Positions 44,010 through 53,397 of a stretch of DNA of 64,000 bases are shown one piece after another; the stretch's first letter is position 1, and each line of letters begins with the position of its first letter. The notes under the pieces were generated by a model. The model saw only the letters and a list, made by a program, of their open reading frames with translations. It did no database searches and was not told where the DNA came from. Source of the DNA: Candidatus Sulfomarinibacteraceae bacterium (lineage in GTDB: Bacteria > Acidobacteriota > Thermoanaerobaculia > Thermoanaerobaculales > Sulfomarinibacteraceae); contig CAVTEP010000011.1 in NCBI GenBank assembly GCA_963733915.1, positions 553,161 to 617,160 on the forward strand, read 5' to 3'. The position numbers and the translations under genes are program-made.

Positions 44010-45113
44010 TCAGAGCCGCATCGGCATGAGGACGTAGATGTACTCCTCAAGGCGGGTGTCGTCCTCGACCGGCACGACCACACACTGGGTGTTGCTGTCC
44101 CGCAGCTGGAGCTCGACTGCGTCACACTCGAGCACTTGGAGTACGTCGATCAGATAGCTCGCGTTGAGTGCGATCTCGAGGCCTTCCCCTTGATAAACGA
44201 CACTCAGCGTCTCCTCCGCGCTACCGCGATCGTAGCCGATGGACGCCAGGGTCAATTCGCCTCCGGAATCAAAGCGAAAACGGACACCGCGAGCTTTTTC
44301 GTGGGCCATCAGGCTGACCCGCCGCAGCGACGCCAGAAGCTCCTTGCGATCGATCCGGGCGCGGCTCGGGTTGTCGCGGACGATGACCCGCTCGTATTGG
44401 GGAAACCTGAGCTCGACAATCCGCGACACCAGGGTGCGGTCGCCCATCAGAAAACCGAGGTGGTTGTCGCCGGTCGAGATGCGCACCTCGTCATCTCCAA
44501 AGCGCGAGAATTCCGCCAGGAGTTTGCGCGGAAACAGTTGCTGTTCGAAGGGAGGCTTGCTGGCCGGCGCCTTCGCCCGCACCATCGCCAGTCGATGGCC
44601 GTCGGTGGCTGCGATTTCGATTTCTCCCGGAATCAGTTTAATCAAGGCGCCATTGAGCTGAAACTTCGGATCGTCCTTGGTAATGGCAAAGGCGACGCGG
44701 TCGAGCATGAGTTGAAACAGACCGAGGGGCAACGCGTAATCGCCCGACTCCGGCACCTCCGGTACCGTGGGGTACTCAGATGGATCGGAAACCGCCATTC
44801 GGGATTGGAATCGGCCGCAGATGATCTCCACCACCTCACCGTCCTGACGAAGGGTGAATTCTTCCTCCGGCAGGCTGCGAACGAGGTTTTGAAAAACTTT
44901 ACTCTCGAGCGTTATCCGACCACCACTGTGAACTGCAGCCGGACACTCGGTAACGATGGTCATATCGAGGTCGGTCGCCACCATCCGCAACCTGTTTTCT
45001 TCCGCCTCGGCGAGAATGCTGGAGAGAATTGGAATCGTCGTGCGATGTTCGACAACACCCTGCAGGATCGAGAGCTCCTGAAGAACCAGGTTGCGTTGCA
45101 GTTTAAGTTCCAT
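44010..45113 (-). CDS. dnaN: DNA polymerase III beta sliding clamp
   Basis: 367 aa, three-domain clamp pattern, C-terminal YVLMPMRL. Immediately downstream of dnaA/oriC. Confidence 0.95.
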   Translation of the reverse strand: MELKLQRNLVLQELSILQGVVEHRTTIPILSSILAEAEENRLRMVATDLDMTIVTECPAAVHSGGRITLESKVFQNLVRSLPEEEFTLRQDGEVVEIICGRFQSRMAVSDPSEYPTVPEVPESGDYALPLGLFQLMLDRVAFAITKDDPKFQLNGALIKLIPGEIEIAATDGHRLAMVRAKAPASKPPFEQQLFPRKLLAEFSRFGDDEVRISTGDNHLGFLMGDRTLVSRIVELRFPQYERVIVRDNPSRARIDRKELLASLRRVSLMAHEKARGVRFRFDSGGELTLASIGYDRGSAEETLSVVYQGEGLEIALNASYLIDVLQVLECDAVELQLRDSNTQCVVVPVEDDTRLEEYIYVLMPMRL

Positions 45114-45356
45114 CAGTTGCCCTTTCTTATGACGACTCCGTACTGATCAAGCGAAAATATAGCATGAATCATCATCGTCGTCGAGGGTGTGGAAACTGTG
45201 GCTGAATTATGGAAAACGTTTATTTTTAGATATTTACGATTGACTTTCAGGTTGTTACAAATGGTTCTGAAAGGTTGCGGAGGGCTGTGGAAAAGATCGG
45301 TTTTCCACAGCCCTCCGCAGGCTGCGAATCGACGTTGCACTCGAGCCGTGTGGAAA
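45114..45356. promoter_or_regulatory. candidate chromosomal replication origin (oriC) in the dnaA-dnaN spacer
   Basis: DnaA-box-like 9-mers: TGTGGAAAC 45188-45196, TGTGGAAAA 45286-45294 (8/9), TTTTCCACA 45301-45309 (8/9), TGTGGAAAT 45349-45357. AT-rich tract at 45205-45262 (AACGTTTATTTTTAGATATTTACGATTGAC), the most AT-rich stretch I noticed reading through the window. Gene orientation diverges around dnaA/rpmH. Confidence 0.75.
45277..45318. repeat. perfect 18-bp inverted repeat carrying two opposed DnaA boxes and a GATC loop
   Basis: GCGGAGGGCTGTGGAAAA-GATCGG-TTTTCCACAGCCCTCCGC, read directly. Confidence 0.95.
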
Positions 45357-46652
45357 TCACACGAAGTGTTCACGGAAGGAGGTCAGGGTCGCGTCAAAGT
45401 CCGGATTTGATTGGCGCATCTTCTGAACGCTGTCCACGGCGTACATGACCGTCGAATGATGCTTCGAAAAAATCCGCCCAATTTCTGGGAAGCTGAGCTC
45501 AAGGAGGTTTCGGATGAGGTACATCGCTACCTGGCGCGGGAGGGCTATCGAGCGGCGGTTCGAGCGACCTTTGACGTCAGCCACGCGCACTCCGTAGTGC
45601 TGAGCTACGAACCGGACGATATCCGATGGCGATGTTGCACGCTCGTCCGGCAGCAGCTCGTAAAGAGCGAGGCGAACAACGTCGACGGTGATCTTCGAGT
45701 TCTTCAGTTGCGCATAGGCGATCGTTCGGTTGAGGCAGCCCTCGAGCTCGCGGACATTGTTTTGCACTCGCCGCGATATGAAGAGCACCACGTCCTCTGG
45801 AAGCTCACGACCGACGGCCCGGGCCTTTTCACGAAGGATGGCGCAGCGGGTTTCGAGATCCGGTGGCTGGATGTCGGCGATAAGGCCTTGGAGAAACCTT
45901 GACCTCAGTCGTTCCTCGAGCCCCGGAATGTCGGCCGGCCTCGCGTCGGAGGTGAACACCACCTGACGACCCGTGGATTGGAGTGTGTTGAAGGTGTGAA
46001 AGAACTCCTCCTGAGTTCGCTCCTTGCCGGCGATGAACTGGATGTCATCGAGGAGCAACAGGTCGACATTCCGAAAAGTCTGCCGAAACGCTTCCATTTG
46101 TTTTCGGCGGATGCAGTTGATGAGCTCGTTGACGAACTGCTCGGTGGTCATGTAGGCGACCTTGAATCGGGGAGCCTTGTCAGCCAGGCGGTTGGCGATG
46201 GCGTGCAACAGGTGGGTCTTGCCGAGCCCCGAGCCGCCATAAAGGTAGAGCGGATTGTAGGTCCTGCCGGGGCGGTCCGCAACAGCCTCCGCCGCTGCCG
46301 CCGCAAACTGGTTCGAGGTCCCGATGATGAAGCGCTCGAAGGTGAAAATCGGATTGAACGGATGGGTCGAGATGGTGGTCGCTGCCGCATCGGTGCCCCT
46401 GACCGGACCAGCGGCCCCCGCCTGTCGGCTGATGAGGACCCGGAATTCGGGGCCGAAGTGGCTGCGAGCGACGGTCTCGATGTCCCGCAGAAGGTGATCG
46501 CGAACCCAATCGCTGACGATCGCGTTGTCGGTGGTCAAGGTCAGGGCGGCGTCCGACTTTTCGAGCACCGTCAGCGGTTCGATCCAGGTCGCGTACTCTT
46601 CCTCGCCCATCATTTGTCGAAGGTTGGGTTGGAGGCGTTGCCAGCGGTCCAT
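45357..46652 (-). CDS. dnaA: chromosomal replication initiator protein DnaA
   Basis: 431 aa. Walker A GGSGLGKTHLLHA, AAA+ box, C-terminal DNA-binding helix (IALPRQVAMYL...FSKHHSTVMYA). Confidence 0.96.
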   Translation of the reverse strand: MDRWQRLQPNLRQMMGEEEYATWIEPLTVLEKSDAALTLTTDNAIVSDWVRDHLLRDIETVARSHFGPEFRVLISRQAGAAGPVRGTDAAATTISTHPFNPIFTFERFIIGTSNQFAAAAAEAVADRPGRTYNPLYLYGGSGLGKTHLLHAIANRLADKAPRFKVAYMTTEQFVNELINCIRRKQMEAFRQTFRNVDLLLLDDIQFIAGKERTQEEFFHTFNTLQSTGRQVVFTSDARPADIPGLEERLRSRFLQGLIADIQPPDLETRCAILREKARAVGRELPEDVVLFISRRVQNNVRELEGCLNRTIAYAQLKNSKITVDVVRLALYELLPDERATSPSDIVRFVAQHYGVRVADVKGRSNRRSIALPRQVAMYLIRNLLELSFPEIGRIFSKHHSTVMYAVDSVQKMRQSNPDFDATLTSFREHFV

Positions 46653-46687
46653 CGTAGTAAGCTAGCACACATCGGGGCGGTAGTCGC

Positions 46688-46716
46688 TTGACACCCGGTG
46701 TGCGCTGCGATAACGT
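46688..46716 (+). promoter_or_regulatory. candidate sigma70 promoter for rpmH-rnpA-yidC
   Basis: TTGACA (46688-46693), 17-bp spacer, TAACGT (46711-46716). Confidence 0.4.
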
Positions 46717-46748
46717 GACGCGCCCGCAATTTGGGAAGAGAGAAGACC

Positions 46749-46883
46749 ATGAAAAGAACGTTTCAGCCCAACCAGCGCAAGCGCAAGAAAACCCACGGAT
46801 TCCGGGTCCGCATGCGGTCCAAGGGTGGCCGGAGGGTGCTCGGTGCGCGCCGCCGCAAGGGGCGCAAGCGGCTTGCCGCCTGA
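46749..46883 (+). CDS. rpmH: 50S ribosomal protein L34
   Basis: Hand translation gives [44 protein letters not shown]. Below the ORF-track size cutoff. AAGAGAGAAG RBS region. Canonical dnaA-divergent position. Confidence 0.92.
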   Translation: MKRTFQPNQRKRKKTHGFRVRMRSKGGRRVLGARRRKGRKRLAA

Positions 46884-47280
46884 GCGGCGCCGCCGTTTTC
46901 CAGCAGCCTTTCGGCTCAAACGGAGGGCCGATTTTCAAAGGGTCTACAGACACGGCGTCCGGGTAACCGGGCAGCACCTCGTGTTGTTTTTGCTGGCGGC
47001 AGAGGGGCAGGAAGGACGGTTCGGCGTGACGGCCTCCCGGCGAGTTGGCGGCGCGGTCGTGCGCAGCCGATGCAAACGACGGCTGCGAGAGTTGTACCGT
47101 GTCCACCGGCCGGCGATAGATCGTCTCCCCAACGATATTGATGTTGTCGCCAACGCAACACGCGGCTGCGCCACGGCGAGCTGGGATGATCTCGAGCGCG
47201 AATTCGTAGACTGTGTCCAGCGGGCGATAGCGCTCGCGGCCAACCGGGATCGCGGCGCGGCGCGGCCGCGCCGCCCATAA
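46873..47280 (+). CDS. rnpA: ribonuclease P protein component
   Basis: [25 protein letters not shown]...RNR-like basic pattern. The TTG at 46873 overlaps the rpmH 3' end; the exact start is uncertain (track ATG at 46825 lies inside rpmH). Confidence 0.8.
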   Translation: MPPERRRRFPAAFRLKRRADFQRVYRHGVRVTGQHLVLFLLAAEGQEGRFGVTASRRVGGAVVRSRCKRRLRELYRVHRPAIDRLPNDIDVVANATRGCATASWDDLEREFVDCVQRAIALAANRDRGAARPRRP

Positions 47281-47302
47281 GGCGCGGGAAAGAGTCGACC
47301 GG

Positions 47303-48952
47303 ATGGAGAAGAGATTACTCCTGGCGTTTGTGTTGTCGGCTGCGATTCTCCTTGCCTGGTCGGTGATTTTTCCGCCGCCACAGCAGCCACCACGCCCCGC
47401 CGAAACCACCACCGCGACTCCCCAAGGCGCCACGCCCGTAGCCGAAGACGGCGCAGGAGCCGAGCTGAAACCGACCGCGCCGGCGGTCCCCGACCACGCG
47501 GCGGGCGAGATCACCGAAGCGACCATGGAAGAATCGGTGGAGCTCAGCAACGACGTCGTGACGGTCGTGCTGAGCAATCGCGGTGCCGCGGTGACTTCGT
47601 ACCGGCTGCACGACTATGACGGCGACGCCGGCGCTCCGCTTGATCTCGTGCAGACCGTGCCGCTGCCCGAGAACGCCTTTCCGCTGCAGCTGATCTCTGC
47701 CACCGGACCGGACCGCGCCCTCTACGCGGTCGAGCGGTTAGAGGCCGGCGCCATCTTCAAATGGTCCGACGGGCGGGGCAATGCGGCGATGAAGACGATC
47801 GCGCTGAGCGGCGCCGGGTATGGGCTTGAGGTCGAGATCGCGGCGAGCGGAGAGCTCGCCGGAGCCGCGGTCAGTGTCGGCACGGGGATGCGGGATCTCG
47901 ATGAGGTTGAACAGAACAACCGGCTCGCCCTGTGGGGCGAGGGCGTCGTCATGGCCGACGGCGAGATCGAGCGCTTCAAGCGAAAAAAGGCCAAGGAGGC
48001 GCTCGTCCTGGCGCCCGCCCAGGTCGGCTTCGTGGGCTTCGAGGACGCCTACTTTCTGAACCTCCTCCGCCCCGCGACCCCGGTTGGCCAGCTGCGGATA
48101 GAACCGCTGGAGTTTCCGGTCGGAGACGGCGACAACCTGCGGGTACTGCGCATCTCCATGGTCCCGCAAGGGGGAGTACTGCGCGGTCAGCTATTGGGCG
48201 CGCCCAAGGAGTACGATCTCCTACAGAAGATCGATCGCGGCGTCGAGGGGACCCTGGATTTCGGGTTCTTCGGACCGATCTCGGTCTTTTTCCTCAAGGC
48301 GCTGCGTTGGATCTACGGCCACGTCGGCAACTACGGCGTCGCGATCATTCTCCTCACGCTTGGAATCCGAATCCTGCTCTTCCCGCTGATGCACACTTCG
48401 ACGGTATCGATGCGCAAGATGGCGCGGGTCCAGCCAAAGGTGAAGGAGATTCAGGCAAAGCACAAGAAGAAGAAGAGCGACCCGCAGGCGCGGGCCAAGA
48501 TGAATCAGGAAATGATGGCGCTGTACAAGGAGGAAGGCGTCAACCCGATGGCGGGGTGCCTCCCCCTGTTGGTGCAGCTTCCCCTTCTGTGGGCCCTGTA
48601 CAAGCTCTTCCTGAACGCCATCGAACTCCGCCATGCGCCGTTTTACCTGTGGATCACCGATCTGTCGGCAAAGGACCCGCTGTATGTGACGCCGATTCTG
48701 ATGACCGCCACGATGTGGTTGCAGCAGCGCCTCGCTCCCCAGGCCGGCGATCCACAGCAACAACGACTGATGCGGATGATGCCACTGATATTCGGCATCA
48801 TGTTTCTCCAGTTCCCCTCGGGGCTCGTCCTCTATTGGTTGGCCAACAACGTGATCACCATCTTGCAGCAGGAGATCACGCTCAATCTGGTGGGGGAGCG
48901 CAAGTTCGGCAGTCGCTTCAGACGCGGGAAGGCTAAGGGCAAGAAGGGATGA
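47303..48952 (+). CDS. yidC: membrane protein insertase YidC
   Basis: 549 aa. N-terminal TM, periplasmic P1 domain, conserved C-terminal 5-TM core (GNYGVAIILLT..., MMALYKEEGVNPMAGCLP). Confidence 0.95.
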   Translation: MEKRLLLAFVLSAAILLAWSVIFPPPQQPPRPAETTTATPQGATPVAEDGAGAELKPTAPAVPDHAAGEITEATMEESVELSNDVVTVVLSNRGAAVTSYRLHDYDGDAGAPLDLVQTVPLPENAFPLQLISATGPDRALYAVERLEAGAIFKWSDGRGNAAMKTIALSGAGYGLEVEIAASGELAGAAVSVGTGMRDLDEVEQNNRLALWGEGVVMADGEIERFKRKKAKEALVLAPAQVGFVGFEDAYFLNLLRPATPVGQLRIEPLEFPVGDGDNLRVLRISMVPQGGVLRGQLLGAPKEYDLLQKIDRGVEGTLDFGFFGPISVFFLKALRWIYGHVGNYGVAIILLTLGIRILLFPLMHTSTVSMRKMARVQPKVKEIQAKHKKKKSDPQARAKMNQEMMALYKEEGVNPMAGCLPLLVQLPLLWALYKLFLNAIELRHAPFYLWITDLSAKDPLYVTPILMTATMWLQQRLAPQAGDPQQQRLMRMMPLIFGIMFLQFPSGLVLYWLANNVITILQQEITLNLVGERKFGSRFRRGKAKGKKG

Positions 48953-49545
48953 GCAACCGGAACACCTTTCGGGGAGGGAGCCTCGATGAGGCGCTGAGCG
49001 CGGCATGTGAGGGTCTCCGATCGCGGCTTGAAGAACTCCACTACGAGGTCGTCGACGGGGCTGAGGGCGACGTCCAGGTTGAAGCTGAAGTCGATCCGAT
49101 GGCAGTGCTCGGGCTTTTTCTTTCGGAGACCTTTCGCGGCGGCGGCCTCGATATTACCGCCCGGTTGGCGGATCGCGACGACGCGCTCGAGGGCGAGCTC
49201 TCGGGCAATGACATGGGGTTGTTGACGGCCTCGGGCGGGCGCGGGCTGGATGCCCTTCAGTACCTGTGTAATCGCGTCCTCAACCGTCGGCTTCAGGATC
49301 ATCTCCCCGTGCACCTCGACAGCGACGGCTTCAAGGAGCGGCGCGCCCACAAGCTCCAGGAGCGGGCCGAGGCTGCGGCGGACGAGGCGTTGCGGCGCGG
49401 GGCGCCCGTGACCCTGGGGCCCCTGACGCCGGCGGCGCGACGGGAGATCCATCTCGCGCTCGCGGATGACCCCGGCGTGGAAACCGACTCCGATGGTGAA
49501 GGCTTTCTCAAGCGAATTGTCATCCGCCCTCGTCGGAGGCGCTGA
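48949..49545 (+). CDS. jag: Jag/KhpB-type RNA-binding protein (Jag_N, KH, R3H)
   Basis: Position after yidC. C-terminal R3H-like ERRAHKLQE...LTPAARREIHLAL...SDGEG. Confidence 0.85.
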   Translation: MSNRNTFRGGSLDEALSAACEGLRSRLEELHYEVVDGAEGDVQVEAEVDPMAVLGLFLSETFRGGGLDITARLADRDDALEGELSGNDMGLLTASGGRGLDALQYLCNRVLNRRLQDHLPVHLDSDGFKERRAHKLQERAEAAADEALRRGAPVTLGPLTPAARREIHLALADDPGVETDSDGEGFLKRIVIRPRRRR

Positions 49546-50842
49546 CACCATCGTTGCCCGTGCGACCCCGGCCGGCCGAGGCGCATTGGCGGTGATCCGG
49601 GTCAGTGGGCCGCTGACGGAAGCGCTTGCGAGCCGGGTTTGCGTCGGCTTCTCATACGCGGAGGGGTGGCAGGCACAGCTGACCGGGGTCCGTGATGCCG
49701 AGGGCGAATTGGTGGAGCGCGCGGTTGCGGTTTCCTTTCCTGCGCCGCGGTCATACACCGGAGAGGACATGCTGGAGTTGACGGTCCACGGCTCGCCGTA
49801 TCTGGTGGAAACCGTCCTCGAGGCCTTCATAGCCGGCGGTGCGCGGCCGGCGGCCCCGGGCGAGTTCACCCGCCGGGCGGTCGCCAACGGCAAGATGGAT
49901 CTGGTGCAAGCGGAAGCCGTGCGGGACCTGGTGGCCGCGGATACCGCGTGGCAGCTCCGGAACGCCCGTGAGCAGAGGGTTGGGCGGCTGTCGAAGGATA
50001 TTGGCGCGGTTCGCGATGGGTTGCTGTCGTTGTTCGCAATTGTCGAGGCGGCCATCGATTACGAGGCACAGGGGATCGCGGTGCCGAGCACCGACATCGC
50101 CATCCGGTGTGACGGCTGTCGCCGACAGCTCGCGGGACTGATGGCGACGGCGAAGGCCGGTGAGAGGATTCGCGATGGGTTGCGGGTCGTGATTCTTGGT
50201 CGACCGAACGCTGGCAAGTCTACTCTTTTCAATAGTTTATGCGGAAGCGAGCGAGCCATCGTCTCGCCGGAACCCGGCACCACCAGAGACCTTGTCGAAG
50301 CCGAATTCGAGCTTGACGGGGTGCGAATGGTCCTCCAGGACACGGCTGGATTGCGCGCGGGTGGCGGCGAGGTCGAGGCCGAAGGTCACCGGCGAGCGGT
50401 CGCGGCCGTCGCTGCCGCGGACCTCGCGGTCGTGCTGTGGTCGACGGACGACGCCAGTGTTCTTGATCTCGAAGAGCTGCCGGTAGAGGTTCCGGCCATC
50501 CGTGTCCGGTCGAAGGCCGATCTCGAGTGCAGTCGTGCGGCGGACGATTGGCTTCCGGTGTCGTGCCACACGGGCGCCGGGCTGGCCGCGCTGCGAGCGG
50601 AGCTGGCCGCCCGCGCCGTCCGGGATGTTGCGGACCTCGGCGGCGCGGTGGCGATCGGCGCCCGGCACCGGCACGCCCTCGAGGCGGCGGCGCGGGAGCT
50701 TGACGGATGTGATCCGGTGCGGCCGGAGCTGGCGGCGGAGGCGGTGCGGTGGGCGCTTCGGGCGGTGGATGAGCTGATTGGCGAGGTCGGCGCCGAGGAT
50801 GTGCTCGACCAGGTCTTCAGCACATTCTGTGTCGGGAAATAG
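49517..50842 (+). CDS. mnmE: tRNA modification GTPase MnmE
   Basis: DTIVARATPAGRGALAVIRVSGP, G-domain GRPNAGKST / DTAG, C-terminal FCVGK. Start is ambiguous (TTG 49517 or ATG 49493). Confidence 0.9.
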   Translation: MSSALVGGADTIVARATPAGRGALAVIRVSGPLTEALASRVCVGFSYAEGWQAQLTGVRDAEGELVERAVAVSFPAPRSYTGEDMLELTVHGSPYLVETVLEAFIAGGARPAAPGEFTRRAVANGKMDLVQAEAVRDLVAADTAWQLRNAREQRVGRLSKDIGAVRDGLLSLFAIVEAAIDYEAQGIAVPSTDIAIRCDGCRRQLAGLMATAKAGERIRDGLRVVILGRPNAGKSTLFNSLCGSERAIVSPEPGTTRDLVEAEFELDGVRMVLQDTAGLRAGGGEVEAEGHRRAVAAVAAADLAVVLWSTDDASVLDLEELPVEVPAIRVRSKADLECSRAADDWLPVSCHTGAGLAALRAELAARAVRDVADLGGAVAIGARHRHALEAAARELDGCDPVRPELAAEAVRWALRAVDELIGEVGAEDVLDQVFSTFCVGK

Positions 50843-50844
50843 CG

Positions 50845-52710
50845 ATGGCGGACGCTGACCTGATCGTGGTTGGTGCGGGCCATGCCGGCTGCGAAGCGGC
50901 CGCGGCGGCGGCGAGGATGGGGGCCTCAGTCGTTCTTCTCACCCTGCACCGGCGCACGGTAGCGCAGATGCCGTGCAACCCCGCCATCGGCGGCATCGGC
51001 AAGGGACACCTGGTGGCGGAGATCGATGCACTCGGTGGCCTTCAGGGCTGGGCTGCGGACCGCGCCGGGATCCAGTTCAAGATTCTCAACCGCTCGCGGG
51101 GGCCGGCGGTCTGGGGTCCGCGGGCGCAATGTGACAAGGCGGCCTACCACCGGATCATGCGGCGGGTGGTGGAGAGGATGCCCGGGGTGCGGTTGGTCGA
51201 GGCGGAGGTCGAGGGCCTGCTGGTGGCCGGCGGGAGAGTGACCGGGGTGAGGCTGGCGGAGGGTCGGGCGATGACGGCCGGAGCGGTGATCCTCACTACC
51301 GGCACCTTCCTGGGCGGGCTGCTCCACACGGGGAGCGACCGACGGCCGGGGGGGCGCTTGGGCGAGCGGCCGAGCACGGCGCTTGGTAAGGCGCTGGCGG
51401 CACTCGGACTCGAGCTGCGGCGATTCAAGACCGGCACTCCGCCGCGGTTGGCGCGCGCGAGCCTCGACTACGGGAGGCTCGAAATCCAGCCGGGCGATGA
51501 CGATCCGCGGCCGTTTTCGTGGCGGACGCGGAGAGTTCGCAACCGCGGGGTCTGTTGGGTGACCAGGACCTCACCCGCGGTACAGACGATCATCATCGAA
51601 AACCTCCATCGGTCGCCGCTGTACTCGGGCGCCATTGGTGGCATCGGGCCGCGGTACTGCCCTTCGATCGAGGACAAGGTGGTGCGTTTCCCACACCACG
51701 AGCGCCACACCGTGTTCCTCGAACCGGAGGGCGTCGATAACGACAGCATCTATGTCAACGGTCTGTCGACAAGCCTGCCGGCCGATGTGCAGGAGGCCAT
51801 CGTCCACAGCGTCGAAGGTCTCGAGAAGGCGGTTTTTCTGCAGTACGGCTATGCCGTCGAGTATGACGTGGTGGCGCCGCGCCAGGTAGCCCGGAACCTC
51901 GAATGCCAGAGCCTGCCGGGGCTGTTTGTCGCCGGGCAACTGCTGGGCACGTCGGGGTATGAGGAAGCGGCGGCCCTCGGCCTGCTGGCCGGGATCAACG
52001 CTGTCCGCAGGTTGCGCGGACGCGCGCCGTATATTCCCGGCCGGGAGGACGCCTATCTCGGGGTGTTGGTCGATGACGTGAGTGGGCGCGACCACCGAGA
52101 GCCCTATCGCATGTTCACCTCGCGGGCGGAGTCCCGCCTGCTACTCGGGGTAGATTCCGCGCGCGAGCGGTTGATGGCCGAGGGCCACCGGTTGGGGCTG
52201 GTGCGAACAGCGGCGTTTCACGTGGAACGCGCGCGCTGGCGGGCCCGGCGGGCGGCGCGCGTCGCCCTCGGAGCCGAGCGCCTCAACCCGGATGCCGCAA
52301 CCCGCGCCGCGGTGCGCGCGGTCGCCGGGATCGAGCTCACCGCCCCCTCCACATGGGCACAAATACTGCGCCGCGACGATGTCGACGCGGCAAGGATCGC
52401 ATCTGAAATCGAGGCCCTGGCCGAGTTGTCCGGCGAAGACCGCCGGGTGGTGATCGGCCTCCTCCGCTACGATGGGTACCTCGCCCGCCAGGAGCGCGAG
52501 CGGCTTCGCTTGCGGCGGCTGCGCCACATCGCGATCCCGGACAACCTCAACCTGGCCGGTGTGCCCGGGATCTCGCGCGAAGTGGCGGAGGCGATGGCGG
52601 CCGATCGACCACGAACCCTCGCTGACGCAGAGCGCGTGCCGGGGATGACACCGGCCGCGATAGCCGTTCTCGCCGGTCATCTCGCCCGCCGCGGTCGCGC
52701 GGGTTCATGA
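50845..52710 (+). CDS. mnmG: tRNA uridine 5-carboxymethylaminomethyl modification enzyme MnmG (GidA)
   Basis: 621 aa. VVGAGHAGCEAA FAD motif, MPCNPAIGG, conserved GidA core and C-terminal domain. Confidence 0.96.
   Translation: MADADLIVVGAGHAGCEAAAAAARMGASVVLLTLHRRTVAQMPCNPAIGGIGKGHLVAEIDALGGLQGWAADRAGIQFKILNRSRGPAVWGPRAQCDKAAYHRIMRRVVERMPGVRLVEAEVEGLLVAGGRVTGVRLAEGRAMTAGAVILTTGTFLGGLLHTGSDRRPGGRLGERPSTALGKALAALGLELRRFKTGTPPRLARASLDYGRLEIQPGDDDPRPFSWRTRRVRNRGVCWVTRTSPAVQTIIIENLHRSPLYSGAIGGIGPRYCPSIEDKVVRFPHHERHTVFLEPEGVDNDSIYVNGLSTSLPADVQEAIVHSVEGLEKAVFLQYGYAVEYDVVAPRQVARNLECQSLPGLFVAGQLLGTSGYEEAAALGLLAGINAVRRLRGRAPYIPGREDAYLGVLVDDVSGRDHREPYRMFTSRAESRLLLGVDSARERLMAEGHRLGLVRTAAFHVERARWRARRAARVALGAERLNPDAATRAAVRAVAGIELTAPSTWAQILRRDDVDAARIASEIEALAELSGEDRRVVIGLLRYDGYLARQERERLRLRRLRHIAIPDNLNLAGVPGISREVAEAMAADRPRTLADAERVPGMTPAAIAVLAGHLARRGRAGS
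52215..52228. promoter_or_regulatory. parS-like site (one mismatch) inside mnmG
   Basis: GTTTCACGTGGAAC against the consensus core GTTTCACGTGAAAC. Confidence 0.45.
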
Positions 52711-53312
52711 GCGCGCTGGCAGAATACGAGGCCCTCCTGGCGCCCTACGGCGAGCGGTGGGCGGTGGAGCGCCTCGCCCGCTATGCTGGAATCCTGGAAA
52801 AGTGGTCCAGGCGACATAACCTCGTACGTTTTTCCAGCCGGGAGGAGCTTGTCAAGAGACACCTCGTGGATGCCCTGGCCGGCGCTCCTCTGTTGGCCGG
52901 AACCGGGCGTCTGCTCGATGTCGGTAGCGGTGCCGGCCTTCCCGGAGTGCCGCTGCTGGCCGTCAATCCAGGGTGGTCCGGGGTGCTCCTCGAGCCGCGG
53001 CAGAAACGGTGGGCCTTTCTTCGTACGGTGATCCGCGAGCTTGGTCTGGCGGCGACGGTCGAGCGCGCCCGCTATCAGGACTTCGGTGGGGAAGCCGTAT
53101 TTGACCGCATCACAGCGCGCGCCCTTGGAGGATACCCCGAGCTCATCACCTGGGCACGCCCGCGCTTGGCGCCCGAAGGCGAGGTGCTGGTGTGGACCAC
53201 GGACGAGGGTGTCGCCGAGCTCGAAAGGGTGACGGGCTGGCGTGTGTTAAGCTCGCCGTTACCCGACTGCGATCGGGGCCGACTCGCTCGGCTGCAGCCA
53301 AGTTTCACGTGA
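52707..53312 (+). CDS. rsmG: 16S rRNA (guanine527-N7)-methyltransferase RsmG (GidB)
   Basis: SAM motif LLDVGSGAGLPGVPLA. Position after mnmG. Confidence 0.9.
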   Translation: MSALAEYEALLAPYGERWAVERLARYAGILEKWSRRHNLVRFSSREELVKRHLVDALAGAPLLAGTGRLLDVGSGAGLPGVPLLAVNPGWSGVLLEPRQKRWAFLRTVIRELGLAATVERARYQDFGGEAVFDRITARALGGYPELITWARPRLAPEGEVLVWTTDEGVAELERVTGWRVLSSPLPDCDRGRLARLQPSFT

Positions 53313-53316
53313 AACG
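53301..53316. promoter_or_regulatory. parS centromere-like site
   Basis: AGTTTCACGTGAAACG contains the perfect palindromic core GTTTCACGTGAAAC of the consensus tGTTTCACGTGAAACa. It overlaps the rsmG stop codon, about 85 bp upstream of parA. Confidence 0.8.
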
Positions 53317-53397
53317 CACTCACGCCTCCCGCGCGGACTCCGCGGCCCCGGCCCGGCACCGCAGCCAGCGCCGCTCCGGCGCCTGCGGGCGAGGTCT

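Noticed and set aside
46180-47577. 465-aa minus-strand ORF
   Set aside because: It runs antisense across dnaA, rpmH, rnpA and yidC, including the intergenic regions. Its Arg/Pro/Gly-rich sequence looks non-coding.
48832-50055. 407-aa minus-strand ORF
   Set aside because: It is antisense to yidC, jag and mnmE, with no coding features.
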